A stretch of 64,000 bases of DNA from an uncultured Rhabdochlamydiaceae bacterium (GTDB lineage Bacteria > Chlamydiota > Chlamydiia > Chlamydiales > Rhabdochlamydiaceae), in the NCBI GenBank assembly GCA_963712275.1, contig CAVQHD010000001.1:1184001-1248000 (forward strand), written 5' to 3'. The notes beneath the pieces were generated by a model. It had not been told where the DNA came from, did not search any database, and saw only the letters and a list, made by a program, of their open reading frames with translations. A program made the translations under genes and the position numbers. The stretch's first letter is position 1, and every line of letters begins with the position of its first letter. This document shows, piece after piece, positions 9,793 to 19,486 of the stretch.

Positions 9793-10952
9793 TCAAGAAT
9801 AACTGATAACCCAATTCTCAAGTAAAAAAGTTTTGGCGTACTGGTGAAGAGAATCGGGGTCCTGATACGCAGAGCTTAGAATTTGCTGCCTATGCTCGAG
9901 CAGTTTGGGGGTGCTTTTAAATAAAAAACCGAGCAGCTGTTTCAGTTTATTCACGCGCAGTTTCATAGAAGTGTCGGGAGCCATACTTGCTAAATAAACA
10001 TCGAAGTACCGCATCAAATCTTCCCACTTAGGCGTGTAGTTTTCTTGAGCAAAATGGGCCCGGATTTGATGGAAAATGAAAGGATTGATCACGCTTCCTC
10101 GTCCAATCATCAAGGCATCGCAGCCTGTGATGCGCAGCATGCTCAAGGCATTTTCGACATTGAGAATATCTCCATTGCCTACAACGGGTATTTTCAGAAG
10201 AGATTTTGCCTCGGCAATGAGATCCCACCTTGCAGGAGGGCCGTACCCATCCGCCTTGGTTCTTGGGTGGAGCGTGATGTATCGAACCCCGCTCTCCGCA
10301 GCTGCCAGTAGGTTTTCCTTAAATAATGAAATATCCTCATATCCTGAACGCATTTTCACGGTGACGGGAATCGAAACAGCCTCAGCGACGGATTTCGCCA
10401 CTTGATGTAAGGCATCAGGATCTTTTAACAGACTGGAACCTGCCCCTCGGCCCGTTACGGTATTGGAAGGACATCCACAATTGACATCGATGCGCGGCGC
10501 TCCTCTGCGCATGAGCTCTTGCGCCATGAGCGCCATCAAGTCGGTGTCAGATCCCATGATCTGCGCAGCAAGTGGAATCGGGGAGAGTTCGGTAGCACAG
10601 TAGACCTTGCTGAGCGATGGAATATGAGCGTTGGCCGGAACCCGAAGAAAATCTTTAACAGCCTCATCAAACCCTCCAATCGAGGCCATTGCCTTGCGAA
10701 AAGCGGTATCGCCGACCCCTTCCATCGGAGCTAATTGGAGGTAGGGGCAGCCATTAGGATCTTTAGAGAGGATTTGCAAATTCAGATTTCGTCGCTTTTT
10801 GGAGGATTTTTGGCCAATTTTCGCTTTATTTGATGGGGGTTATATCAACTTTCGTATATTACCCCCATCAAATAAAGCGAAAATTGGCCAAAAATCCTCC
10901 AAAAAGCGACGAAATCTGAATTTGCAAACCCTCTCTTAGAGAGCGTAGCCAT
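9793..10952 (-). CDS. tRNA-dihydrouridine synthase family protein with its 5' end interrupted by MITE copy 2; possibly a pseudogene or restarted at TTG 10779
   Basis: LAPMEGV, DVNCGCP, GAGSSLL, VVGNGDI and MIGRG motifs; removing 10766-10935 plus one TTA gives ATG10952 MATLSKDPNGCPY in frame. Confidence 0.85.
10766..10935. mobile_element. Palindromic MITE-like element, copy 2 (170 bp, TSD TTA, loop in reverse orientation)
   Basis: Near-perfect hairpin GAGAGGATTTGCAAATTCAG...CTGAATTTGCAAACCCTCTC; TTA at 10763-10765 and 10936-10938. Confidence 0.9.
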
Positions 10953-11007
10953 CCGAAAACTATACCATGGATTGATTGTTTCTGCTACATTGCATCCTCT
11001 GAAATTT

Positions 11008-12756
11008 ATGATTCAATTTGATCAGGTGACCCTTGCTTTTTCTGGCCATATTCTCTTTGAAGCAGCCTCTTTCACCCTTCAAAAAGGGGAGCGGTGCGGC
11101 CTAGTCGGCCGGAATGGGTCGGGGAAATCGACTCTCTTTCGCTTAATCAATGGAGAGATTGAGCCCGATCGTGGAGCGGTTAGCATCCCAAAAAATTACC
11201 GCATCGGTTATTTGCAGCAGCATATCCATTTTACGGAGGCCAGCCTACTCCAGGAAGCTGCTCTTGGACTGCCTCCTGATGAGCAGGATGATCTCTACAA
11301 AGCAGAGAAAATTTTATTTGGACTTGGATTTACAGAACAAGATCTAGAGATCTCTCCCCATCAATTTTCCGGGGGATTTCAACTTCGGTTGAATCTTGCC
11401 AAAGTGTTGATATCACATCCTCGGTGCCTTCTCTTGGATGAACCGACAAATTACCTTGATATCGTTTCCATCCGCTGGCTCACAAATTTTTTAAGCCGCT
11501 GGCCAGGAGAATTTATCCTCATTTCGCACGATCGCGATTTCATGGACAGCGTGACAACGCATACGATGGGCATCCATCGAGAAAAGTTAAAAAAAATCAA
11601 AGGGTCTTCAATCGATTTTTTTCAGCAGGTTCTTTTTGAAGAAGAGCTCCATGAAAAAACCAGGATCAAATCAGAGAAAAAAAGAGCTCATCTGCAGAGC
11701 TATATAGACCGTTTTGGAGCCAAAGCTTCTAAAGCTAGCCAGGCGCAGTCGAAGTTGAAAATGATCGCAAGGGATCCGGTCTTAGAAAAATTAAACCAAC
11801 TATCCGAGCTTTCCTTCGTTTTTCAAGAGGCTCCCTTTCCGGGCAAAAAAATGGTCGATGCAAAGCACCTTTGTTTTTCTTATACGCAAGCGCCTCTGAT
11901 TGAGGATGTTTCAATTGAAATAGAAAAAGGCGAGCGGATCGGCATCATTGGAAAAAATGGGCGTGGGAAATCGACCCTTTTAAGACTGTTAGGGCGCGAC
12001 CTGACCGCCCAGCGCGGCTCTTTGGAATTTTCCGACAACACTAAAATTGGGTATTTCGGCCAGACGCATATTGAGCAACTGAGTCGCCATCACACGATCG
12101 AAGAGGAAATTGCTTTGGCCAACCCCTCTCTGAACTTTACAGAAATCAAGGGTATTGCTGGATCGATGCTCTTTAGTGGCACCCTCTCATCTAAGAAAAT
12201 CTCCTTTCTTTCCGGTGGTGAAAAGAGCCGCGTCCTGCTCGGGAAAATTATCGCCCATCCTTGCAACCTTCTTCTTTTGGACGAGCCGACGCATCATCTC
12301 GACATTGAATCGATCGAAGCTCTCATAGAAGCGCTGGAGGATTTTTCTGGATCAGTGGTGATGGTGACCCATAGCGAGCTCATCTTAAGAAGGCTCAATT
12401 TAGATAAGGTCATCCACTGCGAAGAGGCAAAACAAACTCTTTTTCTTGGCACCTATGATGAATTTCTCGAAAAAGTCGGCTGGGAAGAGAAAAAACAAAA
12501 ACCTGCTTCTAAGAAAGTAGAGCCTCATCATCGAAAAGAACAGACAGCGGCTTTAAAACCGATCGAAAAAGAAATTCAAGAGCGCGAGCAACAAATAACC
12601 TTCCTAGAAGATGAGCAGAGAAAAAAGCTTGGCCTCCTTGAAAAAGGAGAAACATCCCCGAAGCTGCTGCAGTCTCTCGGTCAGATCAAAAAACAGATAG
12701 AGCAGCTCGAGGCTCAACTTTATGAACTCTACGATCTTTTATTTAAATCTCAGTAA
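11008..12756 (+). CDS. ABC-F family ATPase
   Basis: Two ABC domains (GRNGSGKST, GKNGRGKST, LLLDEPT twice), no TM segments, C-terminal coiled coil. Confidence 0.92.
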   Translation: MIQFDQVTLAFSGHILFEAASFTLQKGERCGLVGRNGSGKSTLFRLINGEIEPDRGAVSIPKNYRIGYLQQHIHFTEASLLQEAALGLPPDEQDDLYKAEKILFGLGFTEQDLEISPHQFSGGFQLRLNLAKVLISHPRCLLLDEPTNYLDIVSIRWLTNFLSRWPGEFILISHDRDFMDSVTTHTMGIHREKLKKIKGSSIDFFQQVLFEEELHEKTRIKSEKKRAHLQSYIDRFGAKASKASQAQSKLKMIARDPVLEKLNQLSELSFVFQEAPFPGKKMVDAKHLCFSYTQAPLIEDVSIEIEKGERIGIIGKNGRGKSTLLRLLGRDLTAQRGSLEFSDNTKIGYFGQTHIEQLSRHHTIEEEIALANPSLNFTEIKGIAGSMLFSGTLSSKKISFLSGGEKSRVLLGKIIAHPCNLLLLDEPTHHLDIESIEALIEALEDFSGSVVMVTHSELILRRLNLDKVIHCEEAKQTLFLGTYDEFLEKVGWEEKKQKPASKKVEPHHRKEQTAALKPIEKEIQEREQQITFLEDEQRKKLGLLEKGETSPKLLQSLGQIKKQIEQLEAQLYELYDLLFKSQ

Positions 12757-13126
12757 ATCCTAAATAGGTCAAATACGCTCCTAGGACTACTAAAATAAGA
12801 AGTATGCCCCAATATCCTCGATGGAAGCAAGAGACAAGCTTCTTTTGAAGGCGCGTTGGAAAAGCAATCCGCCAGAGCCCTCTGAGGATTAGAAGGTAGC
12901 CTACAAAGGTAATGAAGCCTTGCCAATCCATCTGATAGACAGGGTGGGCAATCACAATGGCAAGACCCAGCAAAAGGGAAAGCGATCCTGAGAAAACAAG
13001 GAGTCCCTTTGAAGAGGCAAAGTCTTTGACTGCCCCTTCCAGCTCATGCCTGCGGAAAAGCAGGTCAGCGGCAATAATTAATAAATAAATTCCGAGCAGC
13101 TTAGCTAAAAATATTGATAATTCCAT
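12743..13126 (-). CDS. Small 4-TM hypothetical membrane protein
   Basis: 127 aa hydrophobic ORF with AGGAG RBS upstream. Confidence 0.75.
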   Translation of the reverse strand: MELSIFLAKLLGIYLLIIAADLLFRRHELEGAVKDFASSKGLLVFSGSLSLLLGLAIVIAHPVYQMDWQGFITFVGYLLILRGLWRIAFPTRLQKKLVSCFHRGYWGILLILVVLGAYLTYLGFTEI

Positions 13127-13220
13127 TTGTTACTCCTTTTTTTCCTTGTAATGGAGTTGTCAAGAATTTTTCCATAAAAAAATCTTACGGTACTACCAAT
13201 TTGCTACCAAAATCTACCAA

Positions 13221-13400
13221 ATTGGTAAGTGGGATGCGGAAGCGTTAGAAAGAGCGGTCCGGGAAGAATCAGGCGCAATTGGAGTTGTTCGAACGGCTCA
13301 GGAATGGCTTGCCCACCCTGTTGGCCGTTGCCTGGCTTCAAAGCCTGTCGTGGAAATAGAAAAAATTGCCGATACCGGTCCTATTCCTCTGCCGAAATTG
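13221..13400 (+). pseudogene. Fragment resembling a CoA-transferase family III protein
   Basis: A frame absent from the ORF track reads IGKWDAEALERAVREESGAIGVVRTAQEWLAHPVGRCLASKPVVEIEKIADTGPIPLP; no start and no remainder of the gene. Confidence 0.5.
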
Positions 13401-13432
13401 ATTATAAGTAACATAATTGTCTCACTATTGTA

Positions 13433-14197
13433 TTAAAGAAAAAAGCGAAAAGTTACAAAAGCTCCCCACTGGTTGAGGTTTCTTTTGGGTAGACCCAGGG
13501 CATCTGAAGCTCCTATAGGTAAAAATCGGTAGTAAGGGGCAAATTCTAACCAGAAATCCTTTGCATATCTGTAGGTAACAGGAAGATGTACTTCTGCGCC
13601 CGTTCTATTTTTAAGCACCCAGGCAGCTCCAGATAAGCTTTTGATTCTAAGGTATTGATTGAAAGTAGGAAGACAATCGACTTGCAATCCTAGCATCCAA
13701 TTTTGCCAGGTATAGTGAGTTTCTAGCCCAGCAATGGCATAGTAAATAGTATAGTTCAGTTGGATGGGGGCGGTGGAGGAATAACCTGTATGATGATCAG
13801 AGAGAAAATCAAGTCCAAAGCCTGCATAGGGAGTGATCATCCAATTGTTAAGAGGAGAAAAACAGTATCCTCCGACAAATTCTGAGTACCATTCATGAAA
13901 TTTCGTTTTATTTAATGAACTCGATAATCGTCCGAGGTTGTACGTAGAACGTGCTTGACCAAAGAAAGCATTTGGTTGCTGATAGGAGAGTTTGCCTACA
14001 GCGCCGCCAGTACTTCCTGAATAGGTAGGAGGAGTTGAAACCGACATCCAGGTATAGGCGCCCCCGACATCCAAAGACCATCCTTGGGGCTTTTTAGCGT
14101 TAGGCTGAGGCATTTCTTTATTTTTGGACGTATCAGTAAAGACAACGCTTGCCGAAAGTAAAAACATCGATAAAAACCATTGCCAGTTGTTCATCAT
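13433..14197 (-). CDS. Putative outer-membrane beta-barrel protein
   Basis: Signal peptide, aromatic-rich alternating strands, C-terminus GAFVTFRFFL. Confidence 0.7.
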   Translation of the reverse strand: MMNNWQWFLSMFLLSASVVFTDTSKNKEMPQPNAKKPQGWSLDVGGAYTWMSVSTPPTYSGSTGGAVGKLSYQQPNAFFGQARSTYNLGRLSSSLNKTKFHEWYSEFVGGYCFSPLNNWMITPYAGFGLDFLSDHHTGYSSTAPIQLNYTIYYAIAGLETHYTWQNWMLGLQVDCLPTFNQYLRIKSLSGAAWVLKNRTGAEVHLPVTYRYAKDFWLEFAPYYRFLPIGASDALGLPKRNLNQWGAFVTFRFFL

Positions 14198-15417
14198 AGT
14201 CCTGCCTTATTCAGTTTTTTTATTGTTTCATCAAGTTGTAGAGAATAGTGTGGCCTCAATCGATTAATATCATAGAGTCCTGACGGCAATGCTATGATAC
14301 TCACTGTATTAGAAGCATAATTGCTCACATATGCAAATTGGCCATTGGGTGATATGGCAATTGTATCAGGAGAGAATCCAACTCCTATGATTGGAGAGAT
14401 TACTGTATTAGTTTGAATGTCGATAATATTAACAGCCCCTTGGCTAGATGTTAAATCGGTAAATCCAGCGCCATTATAGATAGTGCTATAATTAGAAACA
14501 TATGCAAAGGACCCATCGGGTGTAATGGCAATGCCAGAAGGTTGTATTCCAAGAGTGATCGTTGCAGCAATGGTATTGCTGCTTAGATCAACAACACTTA
14601 CTGTGGTGCCTACAGGTGAAAAATTATTGCTCCCAAAATTAGTTACATAAGCATATTTGCCATTAGGTGTTATTGCAATTGCAAAGGGGCCGGAAAAACC
14701 TGTAATGGCATTGAGCTGTACAGAGTTGTCGCTTGTTTTTATGATGCTTATTGTGCCGGTGCCTAGATTACCATCGACATAACTAACAACATAGACATAG
14801 GCGCCATCTGGCGTTATAGCCATTGCCGCAGGAGCAAGTCCCACCGTAAGTGCCGATCCAATAATGGCATTGGTGTTTAGATCAACCACCCTCACCGTTG
14901 TTCCATTACCACTTCCAACACCTTCAGGGCCTCCGTAATTATTGACATAGGCATGAGTTCCATCAGGGGTTATAACCAGACCCGAGGGGCCATCAAAACC
15001 ACCGATCGTGCCTGTAACTGTATTAGTGGTTAAATCTATAATAGTCACAGTTGTGCTATTGCTATTGGTTACATAAGCTTTTGTTCCAGCTGGATTAATA
15101 GTGACTGTATAGGGCTCGTTAAAACTACTGTCGCCAATGGTTTGTGCGAGGGTGTTATATGTGAGATTTAATACACTAACAGTATCTCCACCAGGGAGTG
15201 CACTATTGTTGTTATTTGCCACATAGGCGAAGAGATTGTTAGGGGTAACCGCTATTCCCGCCGGGGTATTCCCTACAGGAATCGTTGCAACAACGGTATT
15301 AGGCTCACTTGCAAATGAAAATGTTGACCACAACAATAAGAAACCGACTGTATAAGCTCTTGATTTGGTTGCCATTGGTGTTTTCCTTAAAAATTTAAAT
15401 TCTTTTTTGAAGAACAT
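14194..15417 (-). CDS. YncE/YVTN beta-propeller repeat protein (start may be ATG 15375)
   Basis: About 7 repeats of P.GIAITPDG..AYV.N....TVSVID. Confidence 0.9.
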   Translation of the reverse strand: MFFKKEFKFLRKTPMATKSRAYTVGFLLLWSTFSFASEPNTVVATIPVGNTPAGIAVTPNNLFAYVANNNNSALPGGDTVSVLNLTYNTLAQTIGDSSFNEPYTVTINPAGTKAYVTNSNSTTVTIIDLTTNTVTGTIGGFDGPSGLVITPDGTHAYVNNYGGPEGVGSGNGTTVRVVDLNTNAIIGSALTVGLAPAAMAITPDGAYVYVVSYVDGNLGTGTISIIKTSDNSVQLNAITGFSGPFAIAITPNGKYAYVTNFGSNNFSPVGTTVSVVDLSSNTIAATITLGIQPSGIAITPDGSFAYVSNYSTIYNGAGFTDLTSSQGAVNIIDIQTNTVISPIIGVGFSPDTIAISPNGQFAYVSNYASNTVSIIALPSGLYDINRLRPHYSLQLDETIKKLNKAGL

Positions 15418-15428
15418 ATTAAATTCGG

Positions 15429-16568
15429 CTAAAAATCGAGGCTTAAAGAGGCATAGGGGCCGGTTAAGATAAAATTGCTCAAGGTTCTTTCAAAGCCAAC
15501 TGCATATACTCCTGAATCGGGGGTGGCGCCAGGTGCAAGGCTGGGGATGACTTGGGGGGCTGTCATATCGATTGTTTGTACTGCGTCGAGATAGATCTCG
15601 GCTTGGTATCCAGCGCTAAATTTTACTCTGCAGCATTTGAATAATCCTACATAAGAAAATCCCAGCTTTTCTTCAAAACTAGGGACGAGCTGCGTTCTAT
15701 TAGGAACGGTTGTTCTTTGAGTGTTTGGCTCAGGGACATTATTAGCGACTAGAAAGGGGGCATCGGATTTGTAGGTTGCCCCGTTTTGCGACTTGCCAAT
15801 CATTAAACCGAATGAAGATGTTCCACTAAAAAAGAAATCAGAAACGATTCGATAGTCAAAATCAAGGCCAAACTTTGGGCCTGCGCCGGTAAAAGTAGAA
15901 TGGGTCTTAACCGAACGAACAGAGGTATTAGCAGCATTGGAATAGGTCGATTTCAACGATTGCTTAATACGAGTAAACCCTATGCCTACAAAAAGAGTCG
16001 GATACCAACGCTTGAAAGTACAAAATCCTTGTCCAAAAACTAAATTTACGGCATCAAACTCGAAATTCACTTTTCCGTGAGCCTTTGTGTAAGCAGCAGA
16101 ATTGGGTCCTATATCGAACAAAGGTCCAATCATGAGAGCCCCTTCATCTGCAGTCGTAGACAATGTTTTTGAGGCTGTTTTGCTTGAATAGACACGTTCC
16201 CAACTTAATTCAAGATTCATATTGGAGGGGGACAAGAGCAACTCAGTCCCGACCTTAAAAGCGGGAGTGTAATTGGGGGAGATTTCGAAAATTTTCCAGT
16301 TTGGGGCAAGAGCCTGTAAAGCGACTCCACCGTTAATAGATTGATCGAGAGGTATTGCCTGTGCTGCATAGTAAAGAGAGCTTCCGTTGGGCTGAAGAAA
16401 TAAAAGATCGGCATAAATTTCACCCACTACACTACGGCAATCAAGGAAGTAGGGTAAACAGTCGTTACTTGGTGGCTTGACCGGTGCGGCTGATGCACTA
16501 AGACTAGCAAAAAAAGAAGAGACAATTAAAACTGACAGAGTTTTCACAGAAATCCCTATGTTGTTCAT
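15429..16568 (-). CDS. Legionella MOMP/Lpg1974-like porin
   Basis: Signal peptide; ADLLFLQP, FTGAGPKFGLD and terminal GPYASLSLDF. Confidence 0.7.
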   Translation of the reverse strand: MNNIGISVKTLSVLIVSSFFASLSASAAPVKPPSNDCLPYFLDCRSVVGEIYADLLFLQPNGSSLYYAAQAIPLDQSINGGVALQALAPNWKIFEISPNYTPAFKVGTELLLSPSNMNLELSWERVYSSKTASKTLSTTADEGALMIGPLFDIGPNSAAYTKAHGKVNFEFDAVNLVFGQGFCTFKRWYPTLFVGIGFTRIKQSLKSTYSNAANTSVRSVKTHSTFTGAGPKFGLDFDYRIVSDFFFSGTSSFGLMIGKSQNGATYKSDAPFLVANNVPEPNTQRTTVPNRTQLVPSFEEKLGFSYVGLFKCCRVKFSAGYQAEIYLDAVQTIDMTAPQVIPSLAPGATPDSGVYAVGFERTLSNFILTGPYASLSLDF

Positions 16569-16640
16569 AAGTAATAGGGGCTATGTGTATCAAAAAAAAT
16601 ATTAAAGGTCAATACCAGCCTCAATCTGTGAATGATGTGT

Positions 16641-17244
16641 TTACAACATCGAGCGCAGAGATGCCTCAACAAGAGAGCGTCTAGAAGGTGAGGGGATTTT
16701 GCGAACCATTTCAAAGGCTTTTTTAGTGTTGAATGCTTTAGGTAGCTCAACCTCAGGCAGCGTTTTAAACCAAAGCGATTTCGCGGGTTTTAAGTAAAAG
16801 ATATCGATAAGAGCTTTTTCTGGTGTTGCCATCTTTACGAGAGTCTCTGGGTCAACTTCATATCCGAAGAAGAATTCAGGAGCAATATGGTGCGCTGAAA
16901 TCGTGGCTAGAGGTGTAGAGATACGCCGTGTGCGAGTAGGCGATACTACAGAGATAATGCAAGGGATTTGGTCGATCATGCCATGATGATAAAGGGCTGT
17001 CTGTAACGAAACATAACAAGGAAAAAGGAGCGATTAAATATTCTGGGATTAACAAAGGATTGATGTTAACATCAATGGCCCAAAACCCTCTTGATAAATG
17101 CACGACCTGTTTTTCAAGAGATAAGCGTCTCAGCAGTTGGCTTGTGTGCTCATTGCTTAACTTCAAAAGACATGCCGCATCTTCTGTTTGTAGAATTGGA
17201 ACCCCTATATTCTGTAGAGTTTTCAGTGCCGTTAATAATCTCAC
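16641..17244 (-). pseudogene. AbiEi-like type IV TA antitoxin, frameshifted
   Basis: Two overlapping ORFs; deleting one base of the A5 run at 17022-17026 gives APFPCYVSLQTALYHHGMIDQIP...ATPEKALID. Confidence 0.8.
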
Positions 17245-17354
17245 TGCAGCGACTCCAAATATTCTACGACTTTCAATTGGATCGTTGCTTCATAATACAA
17301 GAAGATGACACTAATGTCAATAACTCGTCTTATCGATTTTTGCGAATTCTTTTT

Positions 17355-17705
17355 TTATCTCTGCATAAAACGACTGCCGTCATAGAACAGCTCGCTTTTG
17401 ACAATCAGCCCATCCCGAAAACTGAGTAGCACTGCAGCTGGGAAGCCTTTAGCAATTCCAGGGATGTCTACAGCGTAGACGATCATAGCTTGGTCTCCAG
17501 CGCCAAATTTAGATCGTATTGCCAGAGACTCGAATAAATTCATATATTCACTGGTAGCTTTAATAACGGCTTCTTTCCCTTTTAAATTTCCTACGGGGCC
17601 GTGAAGCTCCACATCGTGGTGCAGGTAGTTTTTGATTCCTTCTAGATTTTTTTCTCCCACCAGCTTGTAATACTCTTCAGCGAGTGCCACAGGTTTTTTT
17701 TTCAT
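17355..17705 (-). CDS. SnoaL/NTF2-like protein
   Basis: YLHHDVELHGP, KGKEAV and FRDGLIVKSELFYD; AAGGAG RBS. Confidence 0.8.
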   Translation of the reverse strand: MKKKPVALAEEYYKLVGEKNLEGIKNYLHHDVELHGPVGNLKGKEAVIKATSEYMNLFESLAIRSKFGAGDQAMIVYAVDIPGIAKGFPAAVLLSFRDGLIVKSELFYDGSRFMQR

Positions 17706-17739
17706 AACGATCTCCTTGTTAAACATTTGACATCTGTCA

Positions 17740-17813
17740 TCGAATATAGCACCCTATACTCAATACGAGATTCATGCTAGCAAACCATATTGATTATAGC
17801 AAGGTATATCCAA
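17740..17813. promoter_or_regulatory. Two imperfect palindromic putative TetR operators in the divergent promoter
   Basis: TCGAATATA-N6-TATACTCAA (17740-17763) and TTGATTATA-N6-TATATCCAA (17790-17813). Confidence 0.6.
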
Positions 17814-18479
17814 ATGGAAAAGTTTAAAAAAAGAATTTACAATTCTGAAACCAGAGATCTACAGGCAGCCCAGACAAAATCCCATATTTTGAAGGCTGCA
17901 CAAGCGCTCTTTCAGACCGAGGGATTTGATCGCGTGACCATCAGCAAACTAGCAAAAGCTGCGGAAGTCTCCATGCCAACGATTTATGCCATCTTTAAAT
18001 CGAAACGAGGAGTGCTGCAATCGCTCATCGATGAGGCCCTTCCTTCACAGCAACGCGGGACACTCGTCGATGATTCTATGCAAGAGAAGTCTCCCAAAAA
18101 ACGCCTTAGCATCACTGCAAAGTTATCGCGCCAAATCTATGATGCTGAAAGAGAGGTGATGGATATTTTGCGAGGCGCCTCTGTCGTTGCACCGGAATTT
18201 AAGGAGCTCGAGCAGGAAAGAGAACAGAGGCGCTATGAAAGGCAGGGAGAGTATGTCAAAAAGATGATGAAAGAGAAGATTCTTGCAAAAGGATTGACTC
18301 TACAAAAAGCGCGCGATATTCTCTGGACAATGACGGGTCGCGATATATATCGAATGTTGGTTGTCGAAAGAGGATGGACATCAGATGAGTACGAAAAATG
18401 GCTGGCGCAGATTTTAGTCAAATCGCTTCTAGAGGTAGTTGCAAAACTCAGGGTTCGTCGATTTTCGGGATTATTTTGA
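17814..18479 (+). CDS. TetR/AcrR regulator; C-terminus supplied by MITE copy 3
   Basis: ILKAAQALFQTEGFDRVTISKLAKAAEVSMPTIYAIFKSK HTH. Confidence 0.92.
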   Translation: MEKFKKRIYNSETRDLQAAQTKSHILKAAQALFQTEGFDRVTISKLAKAAEVSMPTIYAIFKSKRGVLQSLIDEALPSQQRGTLVDDSMQEKSPKKRLSITAKLSRQIYDAEREVMDILRGASVVAPEFKELEQEREQRRYERQGEYVKKMMKEKILAKGLTLQKARDILWTMTGRDIYRMLVVERGWTSDEYEKWLAQILVKSLLEVVAKLRVRRFSGLF

Positions 18480-18602
18480 CCGATTTTCGATCCAAATTGC
18501 GGGGGTAATATACTGAAAGTCGATATTACCCCCGCAATTTGGATCGAAAATCGGTCAAAATAATCCCGAAAATCGACTGAACCTGAGTTTTGCAACTACC
18601 TC
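18432..18602. mobile_element. Palindromic MITE-like element, copy 3 (171 bp, TSD TCTA)
   Basis: GAGGTAGTTGCAAAACTCAGG...CCTGAGTTTTGCAACTACCTC; TCTA at 18428-18431 and 18603-18606. Confidence 0.9.
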
Positions 18603-18656
18603 TCTAGATAGCTGAATATCTGCTCAGTGTAAAATCGAAATAAATAGGGACATAAT

Positions 18657-19094
18657 ATGACGATTATCGAAAAAATCAATGAGGGGATCAAAGAAGCAAT
18701 GAGAGCCCGAGATCAGATTAGACTTGATACATTGCGTATGCTCAAATCAAAAATATTGGCTGTGGATGCACGTGCTAACCTTCCTGACGCAGAAGTTATA
18801 AAACTATTCAAAAACTACTTCGGTAGCCTTCAAGAAACCCTTGAACAGGCTCAAGGCGCTAACCGCACTGATATCGCTGAGCGGTTAAAAAGGGAGCTGA
18901 TGATTATTCAAGAGTTCTTACCTAAAGCTCTCTCTGCTGAAGAAACCAAAAGAATCGTTGTGCAGGCTATTGCCGAGTCTGGAGCCAAGACAAAAAAAGA
19001 TCTAGGGTTGGTCATGAAGGCTGTCATGAAATTCAATAGTTCGGTTGATGGAAGGTTGGCTAAAGATTTGGCTGGAGAATTACTAGCTGATTAG
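18657..19094 (+). CDS. GatB/YqeY domain protein
   Basis: KEAMRARDQIRLDTLRMLKS, EFLPKALS and DLGLVMKAVM motifs. Confidence 0.9.
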   Translation: MTIIEKINEGIKEAMRARDQIRLDTLRMLKSKILAVDARANLPDAEVIKLFKNYFGSLQETLEQAQGANRTDIAERLKRELMIIQEFLPKALSAEETKRIVVQAIAESGAKTKKDLGLVMKAVMKFNSSVDGRLAKDLAGELLAD

Positions 19095-19153
19095 AAAAAA
19101 GATAGAGTAACAATGTCTATACTGTTGCCAATTGAAGGATATAGCCTCTTCTT

Positions 19154-19486
19154 TCAACGGCCTGATCTAGCAAGCCAAGCGAAACAATCAAAATAGCGGT
19201 CTAAATCTTCAAGCGATGTTTTGAATTCGTCGCTTCCGAGGGCAGCAGCGGAAAAGAGTTCGCGGGCGCGTAGAATTTCTCTTCGACGGCCCTTCCACCG
19301 AGGATCTTCGATCGTGAGCCAAAATAAGTCCAAGGCTCGAGTGACGGCACCCCAGTAGCGCGTTTGATTGCCCTTGGATCGAAGAGCTCGGCTGACTTCG
19401 CTCCCAATATTGGCCATTTGCTCAACGAGAGAAAACTTCGTCCAACTAGGGCGGACAGACTCTAGGTGGTCTAAATCTGCAATCAT
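19154..19486 (-). CDS. Hypothetical protein, coupled to the DUF5674-like gene
   Basis: 110 aa, EQMANIGSEVSRA; 4-bp overlap with the upstream gene. Confidence 0.7.
   Translation of the reverse strand: MIADLDHLESVRPSWTKFSLVEQMANIGSEVSRALRSKGNQTRYWGAVTRALDLFWLTIEDPRWKGRRREILRARELFSAAALGSDEFKTSLEDLDRYFDCFAWLARSGR

Noticed and set aside
18233..18595. 120-aa minus-strand ORF
   Set aside because: Starts inside the palindromic element and runs antisense to tetR; an artefact of the hairpin
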